Under the pieces are notes generated by a model, which saw only the letters and a program-made list of their open reading frames with translations, made no database searches and was not told the origin of the DNA. Shown here piece by piece: positions 48,997 through 58,062 of a stretch of DNA of 64,000 nt; the stretch's first letter is position 1, and each line of letters starts with the position of its first letter. The position numbers and the translations under genes are program-made. Source of the stretch: a virus; IMG/VR virus record IMGVR_UViG_3300024308_000028, positions 6,375 through 70,374 of that record. The stretch is one strand, 5' to 3'.

Positions 48997-49697
48997 TTCC
49001 AACCTCGTTTTTCAAAATTAGTATTAGTGAATGAATCAGTGTGACCTACCAAAGCATGGTCGGTAATCTCACCACAGATACTTTCATATAGCTGCAAGTA
49101 CTCAGCAGCCTTTGCTGTGCTGCCTTCAGTATTAAGTCCAGTGTGGTAACGATACCCTACCCAGTTCTCTAATGCTGAATAAAGCGTTTCAGGTAAGTCA
49201 ACATACTGACCTTCTTCTGACACATCAGGATGTTTAGCCTGGTACTGCACATTAAGTGCTTCAAACTTACGAGGCCATAATACCTGAAGTGTATCTGGTC
49301 GAGGAGTGAACAAACCTTCACTGTTACTTCCAGTGTCGTTGAGTGTACGACGATTACCACGGGAATCATATACTTCCAGGATTTTAATGACATCTTCCTG
49401 GAATGGTTCCTGGGGTGTATCCATGATGAATGGGTACTGAACCTTAGTTGGGTCGAAGTACTCGTAAGAGTAAATCTTCTGCAACGGGTAATCAGTACGA
49501 CCTTCTTTCATCTCAACAATGCAGTTGTTCGTCTTCAGTTGAAAACGACTATGTAGACGGGTCAGACCTTCATTGATAAGGGCAAGCACTTCTGGCTTGC
49601 CCCAGTCCTCAATGCCAATCTTATCGTCAGTGATAAAGCCTGCACTCTTAAGTGTAGTAAGAGCCAGTGCCTTATATACATCGGATACTGTTCTCAT
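48993..49697 (-). CDS. Head-tail adaptor (N4 gp67-like)
   Basis: INEGLTRLHSRF, F..DVIKI..VYD and FEKRGW motifs; follows the terminase gene. Confidence 0.8.
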   Translation of the reverse strand: MRTVSDVYKALALTTLKSAGFITDDKIGIEDWGKPEVLALINEGLTRLHSRFQLKTNNCIVEMKEGRTDYPLQKIYSYEYFDPTKVQYPFIMDTPQEPFQEDVIKILEVYDSRGNRRTLNDTGSNSEGLFTPRPDTLQVLWPRKFEALNVQYQAKHPDVSEEGQYVDLPETLYSALENWVGYRYHTGLNTEGSTAKAAEYLQLYESICGEITDHALVGHTDSFTNTNFEKRGWK

Positions 49698-49703
49698 AGT
49701 TCC

Positions 49704-51293
49704 TCACACAATGTATGAACGTAATGGGTTAACTGAGTCTTCCTCGTCATCGTCCCACATCGGGTCACCTTTAGCATCTACCATAGTCAGACCTGCTTGT
49801 GGTTTCCACGGGTTGAGGTATCCCAGCATTGAGATAGTATCAATACAGTCATCCTTACCCTTGATGCCGTTGATGGTGGCTAACTTAATCTGCCCCATGA
49901 ATAATCCCATAATGGTCGTGGTTCGCATCTCTTCCGGGAAGTACATCTTCCCTGTCTTAAACCAGGGTACTACCAGGTTGAAACGGGACAGCTTAGATGT
50001 TACCGGACGAATCCCCGGCTGACCACCTTGAGATGAAGCAAAGTTAAAGAAGACATTACGGTTAATCATTTCTTTCTGTAGAAGGGAAATGAAACCACCC
50101 TGCTGCCCTGTAACTTCGACCCCAACGTTTTGTGGCTGGTACTCCTGAACCAGACGGAATAGTTCGTCGAAGTTCTTATCCATAAGCTGACGAGCAGCGA
50201 TACCATCAACCCAGAACCAATCTCCATTAGAACTATAAGCCCAAACTGAAATGACACTGTAGTCACTGGTCTGTTTCTCCGAAGTAGCAAAGTCAGTAGT
50301 GATGTAATAGTTGTAGCAGTTCTTCATACGAAGAAGTTGCTGACGGCTATACCACTTAATCTCAGAGTCCTGAACCAGACGTTCATCTTCAGAGCTAATG
50401 CGTAGCATAAGTTCCTGGTAGAAGCCTGCTAACTTCCCAGTCTTCATAGCCATATCGTACTGGTCTTTGATGTACTGGTATGAGAAACGGTCATCCCATG
50501 CACCCTGGAACTCTTCTTCAGAGCAGGGGAACTTCTCACATACAGGCCATACGTTGACATCCCATGCCCCGGATTCAACTGCTTCAATGAGAATGTCTTC
50601 CTTATTAAAGGGAGTACCATTGAAGATTACCTTACGACGTGTAGGGTCAAGTGCGTGGTTCACGCCCTTATAGACTGTATCCTTAATGGCTTCCATGCTT
50701 GTCTTAGAACGAGCATCATCATCACTAACTAAGTCATCAAGAATACAGAGCGTTGGACGTTTACCGAATATCTTCGTACCACGAAGACCAGTCTTAGCAC
50801 CAAACATCTTAACCCCCAGTCGATGTCCTTCTGCATTGAAGAACTCCAGGTAGTTATCGGTAAAGGTTGCTTTAGGAATCCACTGCTGAAGGAACTCACT
50901 ATTCTGATAACGGAACTCAATGTTCTTACGTGCAGACTTAACACCGTTATCCATTGAGTCAGATACGTAAATCATTCCTTCTACTTTACCCAGACCAGGC
51001 AAGTGACCGAACACTGCAAGGAACAGGGTGAAGTATTCCATAAACAAAGTTGTCTTTGCTGCACCACGGAAGCAAAGGTTAGCAATGTACTGGTGAGGTG
51101 ATGTCACCTTATCCAGCATCTTTAAATGAACAGGGGGAGTCTTGTTCGACTCCCCTTCCTTACCATTCACCAACTTAATAAAGTTAGCGAAGGTCAGAGC
51201 GAATGTGCTTGGCAGGTAGTTAGGTGTGTTGAGTACCGTATAGTCTACCTGGTCAAGCCATTCATCTAGCTCCTGCTTCTTTAATTCAGACAT
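49704..51293 (-). CDS. terL: Terminase large subunit
   Basis: FRGAAKTT, GLRG, ILDD, GTP, TTDFA..DYS and DDCID motifs. Confidence 0.95.
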   Translation of the reverse strand: MSELKKQELDEWLDQVDYTVLNTPNYLPSTFALTFANFIKLVNGKEGESNKTPPVHLKMLDKVTSPHQYIANLCFRGAAKTTLFMEYFTLFLAVFGHLPGLGKVEGMIYVSDSMDNGVKSARKNIEFRYQNSEFLQQWIPKATFTDNYLEFFNAEGHRLGVKMFGAKTGLRGTKIFGKRPTLCILDDLVSDDDARSKTSMEAIKDTVYKGVNHALDPTRRKVIFNGTPFNKEDILIEAVESGAWDVNVWPVCEKFPCSEEEFQGAWDDRFSYQYIKDQYDMAMKTGKLAGFYQELMLRISSEDERLVQDSEIKWYSRQQLLRMKNCYNYYITTDFATSEKQTSDYSVISVWAYSSNGDWFWVDGIAARQLMDKNFDELFRLVQEYQPQNVGVEVTGQQGGFISLLQKEMINRNVFFNFASSQGGQPGIRPVTSKLSRFNLVVPWFKTGKMYFPEEMRTTTIMGLFMGQIKLATINGIKGKDDCIDTISMLGYLNPWKPQAGLTMVDAKGDPMWDDDEEDSVNPLRSYIV

Positions 51294-51975
51294 CAGTAAT
51301 GTCCTCGTCTGCCCTTACCAGCTTAGAGCCAGCAATTTCTTTGGTTGAAGTTCCCCCCTGAATAGCTTCGATTTGTTTCTCAGCCAATGCTTGAAGGGTG
51401 TTCTTGAGGTCAGTCAACCCAGAGTTTTCTCTCAAGTCCAGATTGATATTAGTAACCTGGTCTTTTGGTTTAGCCAAGTGGGTAAGGATAGAGTTAGCTG
51501 CATCGCATCTTACTTTCTCACTTACTGCCGTGTTCATCAGTTCAACCTGAACGTTGATTGCCTTCTGATAGTTGTCTTGGTTCACAATCCACACTGGAAC
51601 TAAGCTTTGTTCCATGATGAGGTTGACCAACTTACCACGATGGTAGGCAGAGACATAAGCACTGATATCTTTCTCACTGGTTCCACGGGCTACCAGTTCA
51701 GCTTGTCGGTTAGGGAATGTCTTGAAGTAAGCATCCTTGTTTGAGTACCCCATATGTTTATAAGTCACATACTGAACTGCATTCATGTAGTCCTGTACTT
51801 TGAACTTACCTTCCTTCATTACCCCGGAGTACGAGATAAAGTTTTCACGGAATGACTCAGCTAAGAGTTGGTCTTGGGTAACGTTGTTAATCGTATCCAC
51901 CATCTCTTGTGTCACACTGTTTCTGAAGTTGGATGGCAATGCGTTGATTACCTGCTGCTTGGTCAATTCACTCAT
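51286..51975 (-). CDS. Terminase small subunit (N4 gp69-like)
   Basis: 229 aa, directly upstream of terL and overlapping it. Confidence 0.75.
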   Translation of the reverse strand: MSELTKQQVINALPSNFRNSVTQEMVDTINNVTQDQLLAESFRENFISYSGVMKEGKFKVQDYMNAVQYVTYKHMGYSNKDAYFKTFPNRQAELVARGTSEKDISAYVSAYHRGKLVNLIMEQSLVPVWIVNQDNYQKAINVQVELMNTAVSEKVRCDAANSILTHLAKPKDQVTNINLDLRENSGLTDLKNTLQALAEKQIEAIQGGTSTKEIAGSKLVRADEDITDV

Positions 51976-52090
51976 AGTTATCTCGCTACAAAGTTATGTC
52001 TATTAACTCGGATTCTTTTCTTGGGGTGAGATACCCCTTGAAGAAACCTTATCACACAGTTACACTTTAGTCATGATATAGAAAAAGTTC

Positions 52091-52438
52091 ATGATACTAA
52101 AGATAGTATGTAATGTTCCGATGACCCTATTCCCAAAGGAGAATACCTTGAGAGTTTATATGCGTGCTCAAGACGGAGAAGACAGATACTCAGAACTCGA
52201 CCACAGTAAGGTTAAGCTCATGAGTGGCGATATACTTATTACCCATGATGAAGAAGTCTGGCATGAAGCCCAGGGAATCTTCTTACTGGAGAACATCGGT
52301 GGTGTTCAATTCCCACGACCAGCCAAAACTTACTCTTTAGAAAAAGAGGTTTCGGCTCTTGTGTTCTTCACCAAATTACCTCATAGTGTCTCCATCGTTC
52401 GACAGAACAACAGCGTTCGGATGACGGTGACGATGTGA
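52091..52438 (+). CDS. Hypothetical protein (start uncertain)
   Basis: 115-aa ORF divergent from the terminase genes. Confidence 0.55.
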   Translation: MILKIVCNVPMTLFPKENTLRVYMRAQDGEDRYSELDHSKVKLMSGDILITHDEEVWHEAQGIFLLENIGGVQFPRPAKTYSLEKEVSALVFFTKLPHSVSIVRQNNSVRMTVTM

Positions 52439-52638
52439 TTAGCCATGCCGCCCAGTAGACAGTGGCGGTGATTGATTCGGTAGGAGTCTTGCCTCCTTAC
52501 TTGCTACCAAGTAATCATGATGAATAACTGCTACTGTTCAGAAGTTTGCCCGGCTCCTTTGCCTGATACTTCAGGTCTAACGGTACAGCCTAGCTAGTAC
52601 CTAGGGGAATTGTCTGAACCCGTGATTGAAAACGGTTA

Positions 52639-52674
52639 GGGGATATGTAGAAAGGCATATCCCCATTTCTTTTT
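52639..52674 (+). terminator. Intrinsic terminator
   Basis: ggggatatg-tagaaagg-catatcccc followed by a T-rich tail. Confidence 0.75.
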
Positions 52675-52702
52675 ATGAACCCTAACAAACTGGAGAGTAA
52701 TT

Positions 52703-52893
52703 ATGTTAGTTCAACTTGTCTGTCGTTCAGATAAATCCCCAGAGACTAAAGAAGCACTGGAGGAACCTTTTGAGTACGACACCGTTAATAACCTAAGCAC
52801 CGGGGTAATCCTGTTTACCTGATAACCGAGGATATTACCCAGTACAACATTGTCCATCACAGTCCTATGATGTGCAGCATTAACCTACGGTGA
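52703..52893 (+). pseudogene. Small gene with an apparent frameshift at GGGG 52802-52805
   Basis: Strong RBS; frame 1 stops at 52822, while the -1 frame stays open to TGA 52893, 3 nt before the next ATG. Confidence 0.45.
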
Positions 52894-52896
52894 CAT

Positions 52897-53220
52897 ATGA
52901 AACTAAGTACAGCACCTTACCCCGTTAAGCTTGAGATAGTCTTCAACAAAGAAGACTTCATTAAGAAGTACAAAAAGCTTAAGGGATATGAACCAGACCT
53001 GGAAGGATGCAAGGGGTACACTGCTTACACAGGCAATATCTGCATCATTGGTATATTCAAGGAACCCTTGCATACCCTAATCCATGAACTCAATCATTTC
53101 TGTTTGTGGGTGTTTGACTATGTGGGTATGCCTGTTAACTCCACCAATAGTGAAGCTTATTGTTATTATTATGACCACGTATTCCAGCAGACTCCTTCCT
53201 CCTATTTAACTGCTTACTAG
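52897..53220 (+). CDS. HExxH-motif protein (possible zinc metallopeptidase)
   Basis: TLIHELNH...NSEAYCY pattern. Confidence 0.65.
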   Translation: MKLSTAPYPVKLEIVFNKEDFIKKYKKLKGYEPDLEGCKGYTAYTGNICIIGIFKEPLHTLIHELNHFCLWVFDYVGMPVNSTNSEAYCYYYDHVFQQTPSSYLTAY

Positions 53221-53369
53221 ATAGTTACCGCTAATATTTTTGCATGTCAAAATGGTGATAGCTATGTACGAGTGCTGTGGTGTGGCAGGGGCTACACCCT
53301 TACACTATGACTACCCCCCCCCGGTATGTCACTAGTCGGTGTACTACCCTACCCCACCTTACACGTTAC

Positions 53370-53390
53370 ACATGCTCCGCATGTTATGGA
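53370..53390 (+). promoter_or_regulatory. vRNAP hairpin early promoter P1
   Basis: acatgc-TCC-gcatgt (template-strand GC-GGA-GC triloop hairpin); G 11 nt downstream of the loop centre. Confidence 0.88.
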
Positions 53391-53426
53391 CATGTCGTCC
53401 TATCACTAACTATTGGAGCTATCATC

Positions 53427-53750
53427 ATGACTACTACTGCTAACGTTCGTATGACTGTAGGAACTTTACTGGGTACAGTTAATGGAGCAGCAACTACTGT
53501 TGCAGATACATTTGATACAGCAACTAAAGCCATTGGTATGGCTAACCTGTATGTATCAACTATGGCTGACAAACAACGCATTCGTACTAAATTAGAAATG
53601 CATACGTTTGTTAATAAATTAGCTGAAGAAACAGCTATGGTAGAAACTCTTCGTAAGAAAAATATCGAAGAATTCTGCAAAGATGAGCAGAACGCTACTA
53701 TCTACAATACAGAATACAATAAGATTATTGATATCCTGTCTAAAAACTAA
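53427..53750 (+). CDS. Early protein (N4 gp1-like)
   Basis: 107 aa from ATG 53427 behind ggag; first gene after P1. Confidence 0.72.
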   Translation: MTTTANVRMTVGTLLGTVNGAATTVADTFDTATKAIGMANLYVSTMADKQRIRTKLEMHTFVNKLAEETAMVETLRKKNIEEFCKDEQNATIYNTEYNKIIDILSKN

Positions 53751-53755
53751 AACAA

Positions 53756-53777
53756 GAATCCCCAGAAATGGGGATTC
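53756..53777. terminator. Hairpin after the gp1-like gene
   Basis: gaatcccc-agaaat-ggggattc. Confidence 0.5.
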
Positions 53778-53835
53778 AAAAATTCATTAGATAGTTCATC
53801 TAAAAAGTAGATAGTTATCTACTCAGGAGATAGAA

Positions 53836-54015
53836 ATGGCAACACCAGATATCAAATCTGAAAGTCCAGAAGAAGCTTTAGAGAAATTCGCAGAAGCTGT
53901 AGCAAATCGTGCACTGGGTTCTGTCGGAATGGCTTATGAAACTCCTCAGAAACTTGAGGAAGAGTATCAGAAAGCCAAAGCTGAAATGCTTTGGTGGATT
54001 AAGTATATCCCTTAA
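53836..54015 (+). CDS. Hypothetical early protein (59 aa; not in the ORF track)
   Basis: aggag RBS; [59 protein letters not shown]. Confidence 0.7.
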   Translation: MATPDIKSESPEEALEKFAEAVANRALGSVGMAYETPQKLEEEYQKAKAEMLWWIKYIP

Positions 54016-54020
54016 AAACC

Positions 54021-54041
54021 AGACGCTCCGCGTCTAAAGGA
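54021..54041 (+). promoter_or_regulatory. vRNAP hairpin early promoter P2
   Basis: agacgc-TCC-gcgtct with the same spacing to GGA as P1. Confidence 0.88.
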
Positions 54042-54140
54042 TTCGATGTGAATCCAATTATCATTGAACTTTTATCCTTTTGTTTGGGTTTCCTCACCGA
54101 CGAGGTAACCCGTAAATCATCTAAATCTGGAGAGTACAAA

Positions 54141-54524
54141 ATGTCTATCGAAAAATTCACCTTTGGTAAAACCAACGCTGCTTCTAACTCTGCTGCTAAA
54201 GCTGACAAACCAAAAGCTCAGTTCTGGCTGAACGTAGGTTATGTGGCTAATGAAGGCACTGAAGATGCTAAATTCATCAGTCTGCCTACTGGTATCCCAC
54301 TGGATACTCAGGAACCATTGCCTACTAACAGCAGCAATGAAGACTTCCGTGCTATGCGTTGTGCACAGAATGACCTGCTTGCTCAACTCATTGAGTTTGC
54401 AGAAGGTCTGGAACCAGGTGCTGAAGGTGTTATTCAGCTTCAGGTTCAACTCCGTCGTGTCAAAGCTCCTGCTGAAGACATCAAGCCGGATGAGAATAAA
54501 TATGCTCGTAAGCTGACTTTCTAA
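54141..54524 (+). CDS. ssDNA-binding middle-transcription activator (N4 gp2-like)
   Basis: 127 aa; [11 protein letters not shown]...F.SL.TGIPLD...LPTNSS...QLRRVK matches N4 gp2 as recalled. Confidence 0.85.
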   Translation: MSIEKFTFGKTNAASNSAAKADKPKAQFWLNVGYVANEGTEDAKFISLPTGIPLDTQEPLPTNSSNEDFRAMRCAQNDLLAQLIEFAEGLEPGAEGVIQLQVQLRRVKAPAEDIKPDENKYARKLTF

Positions 54525-54533
54525 TCAGCACAT

Positions 54534-54562
54534 GGACTCCCTTCGGGGAGTCCTTTTATTTT
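54534..54562 (+). terminator. Intrinsic terminator
   Basis: ggactccc-ttcg-gggagtcc followed by a T-tract. Confidence 0.85.
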
Positions 54563-54627
54563 AACTCGACGATAAACTATTCCTACTTTATCGACCACTT
54601 TTGACGAAGAAGACCTAAGAGGTAACT

Positions 54628-55122
54628 ATGAGAAAACCGTATGGTTTTTGGTTAAAATCTGCACAAGAATTGGCTATTTGTTATACAGAAGAAGATGCTC
54701 AGTCTAACGGGTACATATATGTAAAACGCAATGGTATTACAGTGCTTTTACATGTGTGGATTTGGGAACAACTCAATGGCCCAATTCCAGATGGCTATGA
54801 GATAGACCATGAGAACGGTATACGTTGGGATTGCAGACCAAGTAACTTACGCTGCATACCAAAGAAGATAAACTTACGTAACTCAGGTAAGCAATCCAAT
54901 AACTCCTCTGGAATAACTGGGGTGAGTATCATAACAGATAGGGGTAGAGAGTATTGGGTAGCTACATGGAGTGAGCCAGATACTAAGAAGAAGCGTATGA
55001 AACGCTTTTCAGTATCTAAGAACGGATATGAAGAGACTAAGCAATTAGCCATAGACTACCGTGAGGATGTACTCAGAGATTTAATTAAAAATCATGGGTA
55101 TACAAATCGTCACGGTAAATGA
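54628..55122 (+). CDS. HNH homing endonuclease (paralogue of 15506-16003)
   Basis: H.WIWE..NGPIPDGYEIDHENG...DCR..NLR followed by NSSGITGV. Confidence 0.9.
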   Translation: MRKPYGFWLKSAQELAICYTEEDAQSNGYIYVKRNGITVLLHVWIWEQLNGPIPDGYEIDHENGIRWDCRPSNLRCIPKKINLRNSGKQSNNSSGITGVSIITDRGREYWVATWSEPDTKKKRMKRFSVSKNGYEETKQLAIDYREDVLRDLIKNHGYTNRHGK

Positions 55123-55319
55123 TTAGACATATATTAGAGGTAATGATGAACAACAAAATCAGTTGGCCTTTGACCATACTTTATGTGGTAGCACTCATTT
55201 TAATGGTAACAGTACCTGCCTTTGGTGCAGCATTAGTCATTGCTCATATGGCTTTCAATGCTATCACTGGTAACAGTGGCAGTGCTCGTGGACGTGATGA
55301 ACCAAGTGGAGATATCTAA
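55119..55319 (+). CDS. Small membrane protein
   Basis: Long hydrophobic segment; 66 aa or shorter depending on start. Confidence 0.6.
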   Translation: MIRHILEVMMNNKISWPLTILYVVALILMVTVPAFGAALVIAHMAFNAITGNSGSARGRDEPSGDI

Positions 55320-55320
55320 T

Positions 55321-55401
55321 ATGACATACGTAATCGTAGCTGTAGTGTGGTTAGTAGTGGGTGCATTCATCGGTCATCGCTTTGCGAGGATGAATGGATG
55401 A
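55321..55401 (+). CDS. 26-aa single-TM peptide (not in the ORF track)
   Basis: ggag RBS; MTYVIVAVVWLVVGAFIGHRFARMNG; ATGA overlap with the next ORF. Confidence 0.55.
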   Translation: MTYVIVAVVWLVVGAFIGHRFARMNG

Positions 55402-55547
55402 GAAAATCAATCTTAATGGGAACCAGAGAAGATGTTATTAAACGTCGTGCTAATCAACCAGTGCGTAATAGCGATGGTGCTGGAACATCTGTACCTGTTC
55501 GCCGTATCGTGACTTTCAATCACCCATGCTTAATGAACTCCCAATAG
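55398..55547 (+). CDS. Hypothetical protein (49 aa)
   Basis: gagg RBS; MRKSILMGTREDVIKRR... Confidence 0.55.
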   Translation: MRKSILMGTREDVIKRRANQPVRNSDGAGTSVPVRRIVTFNHPCLMNSQ

Positions 55548-55562
55548 GGAGTTCTATTTTTT
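55535..55562 (+). terminator. Intrinsic terminator
   Basis: gaactccc-aata-gggagttc followed by a T-tract. Confidence 0.75.
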
Positions 55563-55602
55563 ATTCCGAATAGGTAGACATAGATAGATATTGGAGATAG
55601 TT

Positions 55603-55866
55603 ATGGGTATCCAAACGAAAGATATTGATAAAGTGACTGTACTCAAGTTCCTAAAAAATAATAAAGGAACATGGTGCACTCTACATAATGGCTTTAAACA
55701 CAGCGTTGGTAATGCAATGCCAGAAGGCTTGCCAATTAAACTAAGGCTATCTGTAATGCGTAATTTAATTAACCGTGGTTTAGTCGATGGTTGCCCATGC
55801 GGTTGTAGGGGTGACTTCGAAATAACCCAGAAAGGGTTGGAGTATCTTAAAGAAAATGTTAAATGA
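55603..55866 (+). CDS. Hypothetical winged-helix-like protein with a GCxCGCRGD motif
   Basis: ATG 55603 after ggag; LINRGLVDGCPCGCRGDFEITQKG. Confidence 0.68.
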   Translation: MGIQTKDIDKVTVLKFLKNNKGTWCTLHNGFKHSVGNAMPEGLPIKLRLSVMRNLINRGLVDGCPCGCRGDFEITQKGLEYLKENVK

Positions 55867-56167
55867 AATTATTTGTATCCCTCAGCATAAGGCACATATT
55901 GCAGATAGGAATATTCGTATTCATCTGCCTATGCCTTTAGCTAATCCATTCTCTAAGAGTGAGAGACTGAACCAGGAAGATGTGGCAGTGGCTTATAAAG
56001 CATATCTGCGTAATCGTCTGGTATCTGGTGATAAGCTCATCACAGCAGAAATGGAAAGAATTGCTAGCTTTGTCATGGACAAAACTGGCTTACCTGTTGG
56101 CCTCATTGGTGAAGAACCAGAGGTTAATGTAATTCGTGAATTAATCCTAGAGGCAATAAATGGCTGA
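55856..56167 (+). CDS. Hypothetical protein (DUF4326-like NPF motif)
   Basis: LANPF...V..YKAYL pattern; overlapping gene chain. Confidence 0.6.
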   Translation: MLNEIICIPQHKAHIADRNIRIHLPMPLANPFSKSERLNQEDVAVAYKAYLRNRLVSGDKLITAEMERIASFVMDKTGLPVGLIGEEPEVNVIRELILEAING

Positions 56168-56357
56168 CACAGTAATACTAGTAGATAGCCCAATTTGGGC
56201 TGACATCACGTTACGTAAGGCAGGAAAGTTCTTAGAACTGGAATTGGAACATATACCTGACGGTCTTGTAGAGAATCTACTGAAAACAAGATTAACTAAA
56301 AGGGAAGCTATTATGCTTCGTGACCAGTTAATCCAACATATTAAACGTATGGAGTAA
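56160..56357 (+). CDS. Hypothetical protein
   Basis: 65 aa, gagg RBS. Confidence 0.6.
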   Translation: MADTVILVDSPIWADITLRKAGKFLELELEHIPDGLVENLLKTRLTKREAIMLRDQLIQHIKRME

Positions 56358-56360
56358 CAA

Positions 56361-56585
56361 ATGTTGTATAGCACTGATTATGGAATATGCCCAATCTGCA
56401 ACAAACGGAGAGGAGTTGCCAATCATAATAAGTGTTCCCGTATTCTTCAGAAGCGTAGAAATAAAGAAGAGTGGGATAACACTCTTAATTCACAGCGTGA
56501 CTATGAGAATAAGAGAACTGCTAAAATAGCATCTACTCAGCTTATTCGCCGTAAGAATCACATTGAAGGATATCAGGGGGAATAA
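56361..56585 (+). CDS. Small Cys/His (CPIC..H..C) protein
   Basis: 74 aa, ggag RBS. Confidence 0.62.
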   Translation: MLYSTDYGICPICNKRRGVANHNKCSRILQKRRNKEEWDNTLNSQRDYENKRTAKIASTQLIRRKNHIEGYQGE

Positions 56586-56869
56586 TGAAAGTTATTACCT
56601 ATAATACCCATAAAGTAGCACTCTATCTTAATCAGAAAATAGAAGTACCACTGTGGGTAAAATATATTGCAGCCTATCCTATGACCTATGGAAGTAGTAG
56701 TTCTGCATTAATTGGGTTTAGTCATAAACCTAAATTCACTAAGACTGGGATATGGAAAATACCATCTCAGTATAAAAACAGTAAGCAAGAACAAATAGGT
56801 ATCATCCGTAACTTTGCTCCTGCTCGTAATGAAATTGAAGCCACTTTAAGTGAGGTAATAATACCGTGA
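56585..56869 (+). CDS. Hypothetical protein
   Basis: 94 aa, TAATG coupling. Confidence 0.62.
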   Translation: MKVITYNTHKVALYLNQKIEVPLWVKYIAAYPMTYGSSSSALIGFSHKPKFTKTGIWKIPSQYKNSKQEQIGIIRNFAPARNEIEATLSEVIIP

Positions 56870-57180
56870 CTACTATCGTAGTATTACATGACCCATCATT
56901 CACTGATGTGGATAAGATGATGCGTAATATTGATTACGTATCTCAGCATAGCAAGGCATTTGAAGGTGACTTCGAGTTGTTCTGCGAGGCTGAATCACCA
57001 CTGGTTCCTATCCTGAAAGAATCTGGACTGCCATTCAGTACAGAGAACTTCCCAGAGGAACCAGAATTCGTAATTACGTTCATATACGACCTGCATGACG
57101 GTTCTAAAGCTAGTGAACTAGCAATGAACCAGTGGAAATCACGTCGTCCTGTATGGCCTTTCCAGGTACTTAAGCCATGA
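56866..57180 (+). CDS. Hypothetical protein
   Basis: 104 aa, GTGA overlap, gaggt RBS. Confidence 0.65.
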   Translation: MTTIVVLHDPSFTDVDKMMRNIDYVSQHSKAFEGDFELFCEAESPLVPILKESGLPFSTENFPEEPEFVITFIYDLHDGSKASELAMNQWKSRRPVWPFQVLKP

Positions 57181-57389
57181 AGACCAAAAAGACACGCAGT
57201 GACTATCTGCGTAAAGAACTCAAGTTCAAACATGCAGGTAAGGAGTATGTAGTCGTACTCCAGTGTACTCAGCGTAAGCTGCTTGAGGCAGCTAATAATG
57301 CAACCTTCGGTTGTGGTGCTCGTATTAATGCAGCCGAACTCTTCGACGTAACTACATTCAGAGAATCCTATGGCAAGTCAAAAATGTAA
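57177..57389 (+). CDS. Hypothetical protein
   Basis: 70 aa, ATGA overlap. Confidence 0.6.
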   Translation: MKTKKTRSDYLRKELKFKHAGKEYVVVLQCTQRKLLEAANNATFGCGARINAAELFDVTTFRESYGKSKM

Positions 57390-57567
57390 GTGTGGCAAAG
57401 GCTATGTATCCCAATGGGATAACAAGTGTGGTAATTGCCGAACCAAGAAGGAACAGAAAGACCATCAGTCTGCTCTACGTGACCTAGACCTGTATATTGC
57501 AGGCCGCCCTGAATTTAACATGACTCCACAAGAAGCTTACAAAGGCTTAAGGAAGCTATACAAATGA
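57370..57567 (+). CDS. Small zinc-finger-like protein
   Basis: CKCG...CGNC motif. Confidence 0.62.
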   Translation: MASQKCKCGKGYVSQWDNKCGNCRTKKEQKDHQSALRDLDLYIAGRPEFNMTPQEAYKGLRKLYK

Positions 57568-57950
57568 AAGAAATCTTCGTATTCGGTTCTAACCTGGCAG
57601 GCGAGCATGTAGGTGGTGCAGCTAAGACTGCATATAAGAAACATGGTGCTCGCTGGGGTATGGGCGTAGGCCATTATGGTTGCAGCTATGCAATCCCTAC
57701 TTTGGATGCCAGTCGTAACCAGTTAAGTCTCGACGACATTGAAACATTCGTAGCTGGCTTCATTCTATATGCTGCTGCTCACCCAGAGTGGGACTTTAAA
57801 GTCACACGCATTGGTTGTGGTATTGCTGGCTTCAGTGATGCAGAAATTGCTCCCATGTTCCATAACGCAACTGGCAATTGCCTGTTCGACGAAGCATGGA
57901 AAGCTTTCCTGCCTAACAGTGATACATTCACTTACTGGGGAACATTCTAA
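57564..57950 (+). CDS. Macrodomain-like protein (N4 gp14-like)
   Basis: IFVFGSNLAG.H.GGAA, SYAIPT and VTRIGCGIAG motifs. Confidence 0.78.
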   Translation: MKEIFVFGSNLAGEHVGGAAKTAYKKHGARWGMGVGHYGCSYAIPTLDASRNQLSLDDIETFVAGFILYAAAHPEWDFKVTRIGCGIAGFSDAEIAPMFHNATGNCLFDEAWKAFLPNSDTFTYWGTF

Positions 57951-58036
57951 TGAAGATACGAGACATAGCATTCTACGTAGTCCTGTGGCTAGTAGCAGGC
58001 TCAGTGGCTCACGTATTGCTAGAACTAAGCAAATAG
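57950..58036 (+). CDS. 28-aa single-TM peptide (not in the ORF track)
   Basis: TAATG coupling; MKIRDIAFYVVLWLVAGSVAHVLLELSK. Confidence 0.55.
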   Translation: MKIRDIAFYVVLWLVAGSVAHVLLELSK

Positions 58037-58055
58037 GTGCTCCGCACCTTAAGGA
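58035..58055 (+). promoter_or_regulatory. vRNAP hairpin early promoter P3
   Basis: aggtgc-TCC-gcacct with the same spacing to GGA; upstream of the RNAP II genes. Confidence 0.85.
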
Positions 58056-58062
58056 ACCAAAA

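Noticed and set aside
53277-53426. Upstream extensions of ORF-track starts (also 54048, 57769, 58190, 59206, 3450, 43240)
   Set aside because: Downstream ATGs have clear RBSs and give N4-like protein lengths; the extensions overlap promoters or other genes.
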